DNA of 64,000 bases from Candidatus Foliamicus sp. (GTDB lineage: Bacteria; Pseudomonadota; Gammaproteobacteria; Steroidobacterales; Foliamicaceae), in assembly GCA_965238055.1 (NCBI GenBank), contig OZ250178.1, positions 3,209,394-3,273,393 on the forward strand, written 5' to 3'. Under the pieces are notes generated by a model that did not search any database, was not told the origin of the DNA, and was given only the letters and a program-made list of their open reading frames with translations. Shown one piece after another: positions 55,491 to 63,764 of the stretch. The position numbers were made by a program, and so were the translations under genes. Each line of letters opens with the position of its first letter. The stretch's first letter is position 1.

Positions 55491-57907
55491 TCCCGTTCCT
55501 GCAGTTCGGCGTAGCGCGCTAACCTGAATCCTACATCGAGCCGCTCCTCCTCGCCAAAATCGCGGAACGTCCAGCGCAGCTCACGCAACGTGCCGTGCAG
55601 CCATCCGGAGCCGCGGATCAGGTGAAAGCGGCCTTCGGCAGGCCCGCGCGGGTCCACTTCGAAATTGGGGTAAAGCGTGTCGGTGCCGTAGAAATCGCCT
55701 ACCCACTCTGCCACGTTGCCGCCGAGGTCGTAGAAGCCCATCCGGTTGGGCGCAAACCGGCCGACCGGCGCGGTAAAGGGAAAGTTGTCGTTGTACGCGG
55801 TCAGCACGTTGGTCACCAGGCTGGCTGCGGACTGATCGGCGAAGTTTCCCGAGCGCGGCGCAGGCGGCATGCGCTCACCCCAGGGATAGCGCGAATCCCC
55901 TGATCCGCCGCCGTACCGCGCAGCCCACACCCATTCCGCTTCGGTCGGCAGCCGGTAGCCCGCTCCTGGCTCGTCAACCGGATGCAGGCGGCCAGCGCGA
56001 CTGACATATTGCAATGGCAGGTTCTCCTGTGAACTGAGCCAGTTGCAAAAGGCCGCGGCGTCCTGCCAGTCGACATTGACCGCAGGACTGCCGTCTGAAG
56101 CCAGCGAGCGAAAGCGTTCCGCTCCGGAGGTATGGGAGGAAAACAAAGCCCTGAAGTCGCGGTTTGTGACCTCTGTTGCGCCCAGGTAGTAGCGTTTCGT
56201 GATGCGGACCTTGCGACGCACCTCGTTGTTGCGCCAACCTTGCGAGCCGCGTTGCGAGCCCATTTCGAACTCGCCGGGAAACACCAGAATCATCTTCGAT
56301 CCCAGCGAAGTCTCGATTTCAAGGGGCTGGGCCGCCAGCCGGGCCTCAAGCGGCGTCAGCAGCTCTACGGCAATTTCCTGCGGATAGGCCGGCTGGGGGA
56401 TGATTTCCTGGGTATGGACTACGTAGCCTTCCAGGGTTAATTCGAGCTGATGCTCTGCGGATGGAAGCTCCAGCTCCACCGGCGTTGTTCCGGCGTTGCG
56501 GCCGTTAACCCGAACCAAAGCCCCGGCCGGCCGGCTCATCACCCGAACTTTGCCCAGGCGAGGCTTGAGCTGCACGTTGATTGACTGTTCTTGCCCCCTC
56601 CCCAGGCTGATCGTGCGTTCCTGCGACTCATAGCCCGCGCGCGCCATCACCACGCGATGGGCACGGTCAGGGCTGACCTCCACCGTGCCTGGCGAACTGC
56701 CCCGGAAGTTACCGTCCACCGTGATGCTTGCGCCGGGTGGTTCGGTCTGCACACGCAGCACGCTGGACGCGGGTTGCAGGCGGATAGACGGCAGTTCCTG
56801 CGGTGTGCCGGCAACTACGGTCAGTTCTTCCCGGTGGGTTGCATATCCTGGCCTGGAGAAGGACAGCACGCGCTCACCTGATAGCAACTCCACGGTAGCG
56901 GAGGTAGTTCCCAATACTTCGCCTTCCGAGGACAGTTCCGCACCGGCTGGGTCGCTGCTGGCCGTGATTTCCGCCCAATCCGGCTCCAGTTCCGCCAGAA
57001 AAAGTTCCACGTCGCCGCCGCCGTCCACGACCAATGCAACATTCAAGTCCTTGTAGCGCGGAGCGCCGACGGTGATCGGGTACGTGCCCGGCTCCAGTGA
57101 GATTTCTTCTCCGGGACGAAACTCCCCCACCAACCCTTCGATGCGAATTAAAGCATCGGCGACCGCATCGACCACCACGCGCCCTGGCAGGAGCTTCATG
57201 GCGAACCGGAACTCCTCTCCACCTGCGCCAAGCACTTCGATTGATTCGTCCAGCGGGTAATACCTCTCAAGCTCCGCACGCACGCGGTATTCGCCCGACC
57301 ACAGAAGATAGCGAGACCCTACATGCGGCGTCGGCCGGAAGGCCTCGACCCGGAATTCCGCTTCCGCGGGCTCCACCTCAATCAGCACGCCGTCCGCGGT
57401 AAAGACGAAAACGGCGCAGGCGCCCATGACTGCCAATATCAGGCCGACGAGCGCACGCAACCACAGCCGGGCTCTCCCGGGGCGGACGGAACGGGCCTCC
57501 GCAGTAGCGCGGCGAAGCGGAATTGCTCCCTCGGCTTCCTTGTCCTCGACCAATTCCGGAGGACGGGTATCCCAGGCTCGCGCAAGGTAAGTCACGCGCA
57601 GGGACAGGGTCTCGGCGCTGATCGTTTTGACCGCCACTTCCACCCCGGCAATGGACAGGCGGTCGCCTTGCGCTAGCCATTGGGCGCCGGAAATGGGTTC
57701 TCCATTCAGTTCAAGGCCGGAGATCCCGGCGAAACACTGCACCAGCGCCCGCTGTTCGATAAGGTTGATGCTGGCAGCGGGCGGCGCGGTGGCCGGTCCG
57801 GGAAGGCGTATGTGCGCGCCCGATCCGCTACCCAGCAGGACCGGGAGCTTCTCGGCGGTCAGCGTCTGCTCCCCGTCAGGGAGCGCAATCGTTACTCTAA
57901 CGGCCAT
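55487..57907 (-). CDS. FHA-like / TM / PEGA-repeat / FGE-sulfatase (SUMF1-type) domain protein
   Basis: N-terminal divergent FHA-like domain (LPVLLGSGSGAHIRLPG...NGEPISGAQWLAQGDRLSIAGVEVAV). TM helix LWLRALVGLILAVMGACAVFVF. PEGA-type modules (for example TEPPGASITVDGNFRGSSPGTVEVSPDRAHRVVMARAGY, SRPAGALVRVNGRNAGTTPVELELPSAEHQLELTLEGY). C-terminal FGE domain (YRLPTEAEWVWAARYGGG, GFYDLGGNVAEWVGDFY, IRGSGW, GFRLARY). Confidence 0.8.
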   Translation of the reverse strand: MAVRVTIALPDGEQTLTAEKLPVLLGSGSGAHIRLPGPATAPPAASINLIEQRALVQCFAGISGLELNGEPISGAQWLAQGDRLSIAGVEVAVKTISAETLSLRVTYLARAWDTRPPELVEDKEAEGAIPLRRATAEARSVRPGRARLWLRALVGLILAVMGACAVFVFTADGVLIEVEPAEAEFRVEAFRPTPHVGSRYLLWSGEYRVRAELERYYPLDESIEVLGAGGEEFRFAMKLLPGRVVVDAVADALIRIEGLVGEFRPGEEISLEPGTYPITVGAPRYKDLNVALVVDGGGDVELFLAELEPDWAEITASSDPAGAELSSEGEVLGTTSATVELLSGERVLSFSRPGYATHREELTVVAGTPQELPSIRLQPASSVLRVQTEPPGASITVDGNFRGSSPGTVEVSPDRAHRVVMARAGYESQERTISLGRGQEQSINVQLKPRLGKVRVMSRPAGALVRVNGRNAGTTPVELELPSAEHQLELTLEGYVVHTQEIIPQPAYPQEIAVELLTPLEARLAAQPLEIETSLGSKMILVFPGEFEMGSQRGSQGWRNNEVRRKVRITKRYYLGATEVTNRDFRALFSSHTSGAERFRSLASDGSPAVNVDWQDAAAFCNWLSSQENLPLQYVSRAGRLHPVDEPGAGYRLPTEAEWVWAARYGGGSGDSRYPWGERMPPAPRSGNFADQSAASLVTNVLTAYNDNFPFTAPVGRFAPNRMGFYDLGGNVAEWVGDFYGTDTLYPNFEVDPRGPAEGRFHLIRGSGWLHGTLRELRWTFRDFGEEERLDVGFRLARYAELQERE

Positions 57908-57944
57908 GTCTCAATCGCCAGTCAACAAGGACGCGTGTGTCTTC

Positions 57945-58030
57945 CCTGGGAACGAGGGCGTCCCGCCTTCCCTTGGAACGAGGGCGTCTCGCCCTCGGCG
58001 AAGGCGGGGACGCCTTCGGTCCCAGCGGGG
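57945..58030. repeat. REP-like element cluster between the kinase and the FHA-FGE gene
   Basis: CCTGGGAACGAGGGCGTCCCGCCTTCC, CTTGGAACGAGGGCGTCTCGCCCTCG and GCGAAGGCGGGGACGCCTTCGGTCCCAGCGGGG. Confidence 0.85.
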
Positions 58031-58052
58031 CTATCCGGCACATTGCTCGGCA

Positions 58053-60365
58053 TCAAATGGGTTCGGTGCAAATGAGAACCAACGGGTCGGCCAGGCCTTC
58101 CGGCGCGACGATGAATTCGCGGCGAACGTCGCGGAAACCCTCACGAGTACCGACCGCCGTATAGGCGCCGGGCCTGAGCTCAAGTCTGCGTTCGCCAAAG
58201 CTCCCCAGGCGGCCCACGTAATATATGGTCACTTCCGTAAGCCCATCCGAACGCAACCTTACGGGCGCCGGTGTTGCAGCTATGGTCAAGACCTGCTCAA
58301 GTCGCGAGACTTGCTCGCTGAGCCGCGGCCCCGGACCCGCAACGGAAACCGCCTCGTCCAGCAGGGCCTTGCCGCGCTGCCACGCATCGTCCCGGTTCAG
58401 CTGCTGTGCATTGGCTATGGTGTTCTCAAGCGCGTCATCCAGACGCACGCGACGTTCCGCAGCCGCCAGGCCCTGCTGTGCGGAAACGATATTTTCGTCA
58501 ATTTCCAGCATCCCGCGGAAGTTGGACGCGGCTTTCCGCCAATCCTCGCGAAACTTGCCGGCCATTGCAGCGGCCTGCAGTTCCGCAAGACGCTGCCCGC
58601 GTTCTTCGAGCTCCAGGGCCGCCAGGGCTTCGGCCGGCTCCGATGCATTGGGCCGTTGTTTCCTTGCCGCCTCGAACGCAGCGCGCGCAGTAGCGAGGTC
58701 CCCTTCACTCAATGCGGCGTGCCCTCGCGACATGCGCGAGCCGAACAATGCCTGATCGAGACCCGCGTTGACCTCCGCCAGCGCCTTACGCGCCGATTGC
58801 CGATCCAGGTCAATCTTCAGCACTGCCTGCCACGCCACCCGTTGTTCTTCGAGACTGCCGTCCCGGCGTGCGGCACGCGCGTTCGCGACCGCTTGCATGA
58901 CTTCCGGGAGGTTCCTTGCGCGTCGCTCGGCCAATTGGACATCCGGATCGGCTTCTCCGAGGAGAATACCGGCCTTCTCAAGCGCCGCGATAGCTTCCGC
59001 CTGGTCGCCGGACTCAATAGCCTCAAGTGCTTCTTCCAGCGACTTGCGGCCGATCTCGGGCGCCTGCTCACGCAGTCCCTGCAGCATCTCCCCAGCCCTG
59101 CGGTATGCGTTCTGGGAGTCAGGGTATTCGCGCCGGCGGTAGAAATCATCACCCTCCCGCTCCGCAGCGACGGCCTGTTCCCACCCACCCCCCGACCATA
59201 GATTCGGCTGCAAGGCGGCGAGGTAGTTACGGTCCTGAAGCATGTCGCCCATGGCTTCATCCGCGGCATCGCGCTGTATTCTCAGCAGTTGCCGGTCCTC
59301 TGCAGGCGCTCTGGTCTCCTCAATCACTCGTGTGGGTGGCGGCCGGTCCGCTGCGCGCTGTTCGGCAAACCGCGGCAGCGCGAAGTAAAGGAACGCGGCA
59401 ACGGCCAGCAATACCCCGCCAAGTGCATAAGTCAGCCAGACAGGCACGCCAGGGCGCCCTCGCAGTGCCGGCGTTTCCGCGCCGTCAACAGGACGGGTCC
59501 GGGCGCGTGCAACGATTGCAGCGGACTCGGTTGCATGTTCTGCGGAAGGCGAGTCCACGAGAATCTCCTCAAGGGCGGCGCGAACCGCCTGCATGGTTAC
59601 CGGCCGCCGGGCTTGGTCCCCGGCCAGCATCGCAAGGACCAGTTCGGCCAAAGCCTTCGGAAGCTCCGGCAAACCATCAGGGGCCGCAGGAGCGGCAAGC
59701 TGTCCGCTGCGAGTGCGCTCCTCGCTGGAGTCCGGCGCATTGGGAGGAAATCCGCAGAATAGTTCGTACGCAACGCAACCCAGCGCATAAACGTCGTCGC
59801 TGATTTCCGGGGGACGGCCGTCCTGCAGCTGCGGGCTCATATACGCGTGGGTACCTCCAGCGCGGCGGATGCGCGTGTCGGGGGCCGCGTCAATCAGGCG
59901 AGCAGCCCCGAAATCAGTCAAAAGGGGGGCGCCGGATTCGTCAAGAAGGATGTTCTGCGGCTTTAGATCTCCATGCACTACACCTTTGCAGTGGGCATAG
60001 GCAAGCGCGTCGCAGAGTGGAAGAAGCAGCCTGGCGGCATCGCTCCATGGCGCAGACGAAGATTCTCCGATGTGTCCGCCAGGCAGGAGCGGCATCGTGA
60101 AGAAATGACTGTCACCCTCGGCGAGGAATGCCTCCGGACGCACGATTGCCGGATGAACCAGCGATTGAGAAACGGCAAACTCTCGCTTGAAGTGATCTAC
60201 CCGTGCGGCAACTCGTGAGAACTCGCCGGCCAGCAGCTTAAGGGCCACTTCCTTTCCGTCCTGGGTATCCTGCACAAGCCAGACTTCGCCCAGGCCGCCC
60301 GTACCCAGCGGGCGAACCAGTCGATACCGGGATGCGAGCACCTCGCCTTTTCTTCGTTCGGTCAT
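58053..60365 (-). CDS. Hanks-type Ser/Thr protein kinase with TM helix and large helical-repeat extracytoplasmic region
   Basis: LGTGGLGEVW (Gly loop), VALKLL, HGDLKPQNILL (non-RD catalytic loop), DFGAA and YMSPQ. TM helix VPVWLTYALGGVLLAVAAFLYFAL. About 400 aa of TPR-like helical repeats and a small beta-rich C-terminal domain. Confidence 0.85.
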   Translation of the reverse strand: MTERRKGEVLASRYRLVRPLGTGGLGEVWLVQDTQDGKEVALKLLAGEFSRVAARVDHFKREFAVSQSLVHPAIVRPEAFLAEGDSHFFTMPLLPGGHIGESSSAPWSDAARLLLPLCDALAYAHCKGVVHGDLKPQNILLDESGAPLLTDFGAARLIDAAPDTRIRRAGGTHAYMSPQLQDGRPPEISDDVYALGCVAYELFCGFPPNAPDSSEERTRSGQLAAPAAPDGLPELPKALAELVLAMLAGDQARRPVTMQAVRAALEEILVDSPSAEHATESAAIVARARTRPVDGAETPALRGRPGVPVWLTYALGGVLLAVAAFLYFALPRFAEQRAADRPPPTRVIEETRAPAEDRQLLRIQRDAADEAMGDMLQDRNYLAALQPNLWSGGGWEQAVAAEREGDDFYRRREYPDSQNAYRRAGEMLQGLREQAPEIGRKSLEEALEAIESGDQAEAIAALEKAGILLGEADPDVQLAERRARNLPEVMQAVANARAARRDGSLEEQRVAWQAVLKIDLDRQSARKALAEVNAGLDQALFGSRMSRGHAALSEGDLATARAAFEAARKQRPNASEPAEALAALELEERGQRLAELQAAAMAGKFREDWRKAASNFRGMLEIDENIVSAQQGLAAAERRVRLDDALENTIANAQQLNRDDAWQRGKALLDEAVSVAGPGPRLSEQVSRLEQVLTIAATPAPVRLRSDGLTEVTIYYVGRLGSFGERRLELRPGAYTAVGTREGFRDVRREFIVAPEGLADPLVLICTEPI

Positions 60366-60465
60366 TGAGTCGTTCGCGCCGCTAGCGCACGTCCTTCACC
60401 GGAAGGTGAATGATACGGGCGACAGCAAGTCCGTTGCTTGCGAGGATGGAGATATTTGTTTTTAT

Positions 60466-60538
60466 CGAGGGCGGGGACGCCCTCCCTGGGAGCGAAGGCG
60501 TCTCGCCTTCGTCGAGGGCGGGACGCCCTCGATCCCGG
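60466..60538. repeat. REP-like element cluster
   Basis: CGAGGGCGGGGACGCCCTCCCTGGGAGCGAAGGCGTCTCGCCTTCGTCGAGGGCGGGACGCCCTCGATCCCGG. Confidence 0.85.
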
Positions 60539-60562
60539 AGGCCGCGCTTCCTGCCGGCAGGG

Positions 60563-61792
60563 TCAGGGACGCGGCAGCGAAGTTTCCTGGGCGCTTTCCG
60601 CGCCCGGCATCTCAAGGTCACCAGTCTCACGAGCGTAGATCTCTCGCAGAAGGCGGCGCCATTCGCGGAACCGTTCTTCCGCGGATCCGGTCAGCCGCCG
60701 GGTTTGGCCCTCCAGTTCCACCACCATGGGCTCGGCCTCGGCATCGAAGGACTCCCCTACTTCGCGTAAGGCCTCAGCGTGCATCTTCGCTTCCTCTCGC
60801 CGGGTCAATCCCGACTGTATGCCCATGAAACCACCCTGAATCATGGTCCCTGTAACACCCACGTTGTCGCCGCCGCTGCCCTCATAGGCGATCGCGCCCA
60901 GGATTCCGAGCACGCCGAGCAGCATTCGAGTGTTGGCCGACCTGCGCATCTCCTCGTAACTCAAGCGCCCTTCGCGCGCCATGCGCCGCCAATCGGTGTA
61001 TGGCCGGTCCAGGCCGTAGTAGAGGTTGGCGTAGTGCTCATTGACCGCATCGATCAGCGCATATTCGCGTTCGCGGACCTGTCGCATGCGGCCCACCATG
61101 GGTTCATCCGCGGCCGGCAGCCGCTTGACCTGGTACTCGCCGTCCTCCGTCTGCTCCAGGTAGCCGCCAAACGCCTTGGGCGCCAGGGTGAGGCCATAGC
61201 GCAAATCGGCGACATCCTTGATCCGCTGCAATTCCCGGTTGCTTAACTGCGCCCGCGCATCAAGCAGGTCATTGGCAATCTGATTGTAGAGATTCTGATA
61301 GGGGTCCTGGCCGGGGCCTGTATTGCGGACATAGGCCTGTTCCGCTACCAGCATTTCATAGGGCTTGTTGAACCATTCCCGCTTGGACGCATCCCAGGCG
61401 GCAACGCGCAATTTCGCGCTATAGCCGTCCGACTGTTCGATCCGCCCCGAGATCACGATGTCCGCCACCGGACTGAACTCGGGCAGGACGCTGACGGCGC
61501 CCCAATACCCCGTGGCTTCCAGCGTGTTCTTAAGGTGATATGGCATAAAACGCGCTTCGGCGCGACGAATTTCAGGGAAAATCAGCTTGTCGTTGAGTTC
61601 CTGATCACTCACGTCCTCGGGCAGACCGGAATTGAACACCAGGATGCCGACATTCAGTAACGCCTCTTGTGGTATTTCGGTTTCCGCCCGTTGCAAACCG
61701 ACCTGCGTGTACTGAATCTCGCGCGCTGACGTGCAGGCCCCCACCAGGACCGCACAAGCTGCGATGCTGACTACTTTTACCGTTCTTTTCAC
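60563..61792 (-). CDS. Hypothetical lipoprotein (409 aa)
   Basis: Lipobox AVLVGACTS. No family recognised by eye. Its start overlaps the stop of the upstream lipoprotein gene by 4 nt. Confidence 0.7.
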   Translation of the reverse strand: MKRTVKVVSIAACAVLVGACTSAREIQYTQVGLQRAETEIPQEALLNVGILVFNSGLPEDVSDQELNDKLIFPEIRRAEARFMPYHLKNTLEATGYWGAVSVLPEFSPVADIVISGRIEQSDGYSAKLRVAAWDASKREWFNKPYEMLVAEQAYVRNTGPGQDPYQNLYNQIANDLLDARAQLSNRELQRIKDVADLRYGLTLAPKAFGGYLEQTEDGEYQVKRLPAADEPMVGRMRQVREREYALIDAVNEHYANLYYGLDRPYTDWRRMAREGRLSYEEMRRSANTRMLLGVLGILGAIAYEGSGGDNVGVTGTMIQGGFMGIQSGLTRREEAKMHAEALREVGESFDAEAEPMVVELEGQTRRLTGSAEERFREWRRLLREIYARETGDLEMPGAESAQETSLPRP

Positions 61793-62802
61793 TTGGTCTT
61801 CAATCCCATGTGTTTGCGATATTCATCCCACAAGGCCTCGCGGATGCGCTTGTCCTCTTCCTGCTCGGCCGCTTCGCGTATCTGCCGGGCTACCTGGTCT
61901 TCCTTGCCGGTCACCGCGGCAACGTCCTGGGGAATCTCGACCTTTGACTCGGGCTGTTCGCCGGCATCACCGGCCTCGCCTTCGTTAGCTGGCCCGCCTT
62001 CGCCGCCGCCGCCAGGTCCGCCGCCGCCAGGCGCTGCGCCGCCCATTGCGCCAGCCGGTTCGCCACCGCCTGCTGGACCCGCTCCCGCCGAGCCGCGGGA
62101 CATGTTCGGAATTGTCACCATGGCGCCGTCGCCAGTGCCGGGTTCCCCAACCATGCCACCCGTTCCACCGGAACCGCCGGAGGAGCCTTGTCCGGCAGCC
62201 GCCATTTCGGCACGCTCACGAGCTATTTCGCGATCGTAGCCCTCTATGGACTCACGCAACTCGCCTTCCGGATCTCCGGAGCCGCCTGCGCCGCCTGAGC
62301 CACCTGCGCCGCTACGCTGACCGCCACCGATGCCGCCACCGGTTCCAATCGAGCCGCCGGAGGAGCCTTGGGGACCACCCGTCGAGCCCGTCGAACCGCT
62401 GGAGGAGCCTTGCGAACCGCCCATCGAGCCTATCGAGCCGCCGGAGGAACCTTGCGAACCGCCCATCGAGCCTATCGAGCCGCCGGAGGAGCCTTGCGAA
62501 CCGCCCATCGAGCCTATCGAGCCGCCGGAGGAGCCTCGCGAACCACCCATCGAGCCTATCGAGCCGCCGGAGGAGCCTTGCGAACCGCCCATCGAGCCTA
62601 TCGAGCCGCCGGAGGAGCCCATCGAACCACCGGAGGACCCCATCGAGCCACCGGATGAACCGGAGCTGCCACTGGGTGACGGCATGGCGACGGGAGGTCC
62701 TCCCGACGGAGAAGAGGCCCCGCCTACGGTCTGACAAGCCGCCAGGACCAACGCCGAAGACAGTGCTATAGAAACACTCAATACGCGAACTGTTGATGCC
62801 AT
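61789..62802 (-). CDS. Gly/Ser-rich repeat lipoprotein with conserved charged C-terminal helix
   Basis: Lipobox ALVLAACQT. About 130 aa of (GSSGGSIGSMGGSQ)n. C-terminal EDQVARQIREAAEQEEDKRIREALWDEYRKHMG. Confidence 0.7.
   Translation of the reverse strand: MASTVRVLSVSIALSSALVLAACQTVGGASSPSGGPPVAMPSPSGSSGSSGGSMGSSGGSMGSSGGSIGSMGGSQGSSGGSIGSMGGSRGSSGGSIGSMGGSQGSSGGSIGSMGGSQGSSGGSIGSMGGSQGSSSGSTGSTGGPQGSSGGSIGTGGGIGGGQRSGAGGSGGAGGSGDPEGELRESIEGYDREIARERAEMAAAGQGSSGGSGGTGGMVGEPGTGDGAMVTIPNMSRGSAGAGPAGGGEPAGAMGGAAPGGGGPGGGGEGGPANEGEAGDAGEQPESKVEIPQDVAAVTGKEDQVARQIREAAEQEEDKRIREALWDEYRKHMGLKTK
62345..62665 (-). repeat. 42-bp in-frame tandem repeat (about 5 full units plus degenerate flanks) in the Gly/Ser-rich lipoprotein gene
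   Basis: Plus-strand unit CCTTGCGAACCGCCCATCGAGCCTATCGAGCCGCCGGAGGAG at 62408, 62450, 62492, 62534 and 62576. Confidence 0.9.
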
Positions 62803-62880
62803 TTTCTTCTACCTACACTTGCCCCGAAAGCATACCACCGCCATTGGATGGCAAGGCCCTTTATGCCTTTGATGCGCGAA

Positions 62881-63075
62881 TCAGCTCTCGCGTCGCTTCT
62901 TGTAGTCCTCGTAATTGAGACGCCCGTAACGCACCGCCAGCGCGTAGTGCCCATACCGTTCCTGCTCGCGCTTCTGCCGGGCCCGTCTCGCGAGCCAGAC
63001 AGCGAGGTTGAATGCAACCAGGACAACCGCGAGAAGGGCGCCTATGTTTTCAAGAATAAGATTGAACCAATCCAA
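62881..63075 (-). CDS. Small single-TM protein (64 aa), hypothetical
   Basis: MDWFNLILENIGALLAVVLVAFNLAVWLARRARQKREQERYG... has a hydrophobic helix followed by a basic tail. It lies 79 nt upstream of the lipoprotein gene on the same strand. Confidence 0.4.
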   Translation of the reverse strand: MDWFNLILENIGALLAVVLVAFNLAVWLARRARQKREQERYGHYALAVRYGRLNYEDYKKRRES

Positions 63076-63183
63076 GTAATTCCGCCTCGCCAGCGCGATA
63101 ACACGTACTAAGCAGCCCTTATTTTACGCAGAGCGGGGTAGTACCATCGAGGTCCTGTCCGCCATCGTGAGAAATCCGTAGCC

Positions 63184-63702
63184 ATGCGCGCACGCTACAG
63201 AAATCTGATTGTCGCCGTGTTTCTTGTCGGCCTGCTGGTGCTCGTTTTGCGCCTCCAGGGAAGCGAAGCCACAACCACGGTCCTGCTGTTGACGTCCGCG
63301 GAACGGCAAGCAGGAGATTCCGCATCACTCAGCGCAACCGGACGGGCACGCGCGGAAGCTTTGAGCCGCCTGGCCGGCAACCTGGCGAGCACGGAACTGC
63401 TCGCAGGTGTTTTCAGTGCCGGAGGCGAGCCCGAAAGAGAAACCGTTCGCCCGCTGGCGGACGGGCTGCAATCGCCCATTGCGGACGTGCTGATTGAGGA
63501 CCCGCCTGGCTTTGCGCGAGGGCTTGTCAGGCAATATCGCGGCAAGATCGTAGTTATCGTTGCCACCGGCAGCCTGGCCTCCGCACTGCTGGCGGAATGG
63601 GATCCGACTGCGCTGAACGAGGCGGATTTCGGCCCCGGACGCCTGCATGTGATCAGCCTGCCCAGCTTTGGGCAGCCACGTACGCTGGTGCTCAATTACT
63701 GA
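63184..63702 (+). CDS. Membrane-anchored histidine-phosphatase-fold protein with substituted catalytic residues (putative pseudo-phosphatase)
   Basis: TM helix LIVAVFLVGLLVLVL, then VLLLTSAERQ...LSATGRARAEAL...IVVIVATGSLASALL. This parallels SixA LWLLRHAKAG...LAPRGRRNAPAM...IMVVGHNPALQEL, with RH changed to TS and GH changed to TG. Confidence 0.45.
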   Translation: MRARYRNLIVAVFLVGLLVLVLRLQGSEATTTVLLLTSAERQAGDSASLSATGRARAEALSRLAGNLASTELLAGVFSAGGEPERETVRPLADGLQSPIADVLIEDPPGFARGLVRQYRGKIVVIVATGSLASALLAEWDPTALNEADFGPGRLHVISLPSFGQPRTLVLNY

Positions 63703-63708
63703 GGTGTA

Positions 63709-63755
63709 CGAGGGCGGGACGCCCTCGGTCCCAGGGACGCGCTCGTTCCCAGGGG
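63709..63755. repeat. REP-like element
   Basis: CGAGGGCGGGACGCCCTCGGTCCCAGGGACGCGCTCGTTCCCAGGGG. Confidence 0.8.
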
Positions 63756-63764
63756 CCGCGCTTC

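Noticed and set aside
57627-59803. 524-aa and 258-aa plus-strand ORFs opposite the Ser/Thr kinase gene.
   Set aside because: The minus-strand product has the complete Hanks kinase motif set. The plus-strand translations are low-complexity and pass through a REP cluster.
62046-62771. Plus-strand ORFs (241, 134 and 96 aa) and a 141-aa minus-strand alternative frame across the Gly/Ser repeat region.
   Set aside because: These are artefacts of the 42-bp tandem repeat, which keeps several frames open. Only the minus-strand frame with a lipoprotein signal peptide and a structured C-terminus is credible.
55104-62802. I considered whether the kinase/FHA/FGE/lipoprotein cluster marks a type VI secretion locus.
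   Set aside because: No T6SS structural genes (TssA-M, Hcp, VgrG, ClpV) are present anywhere in the 64-kb window. Only the signalling logic resembles TagQRST-PpkA-Fha1.
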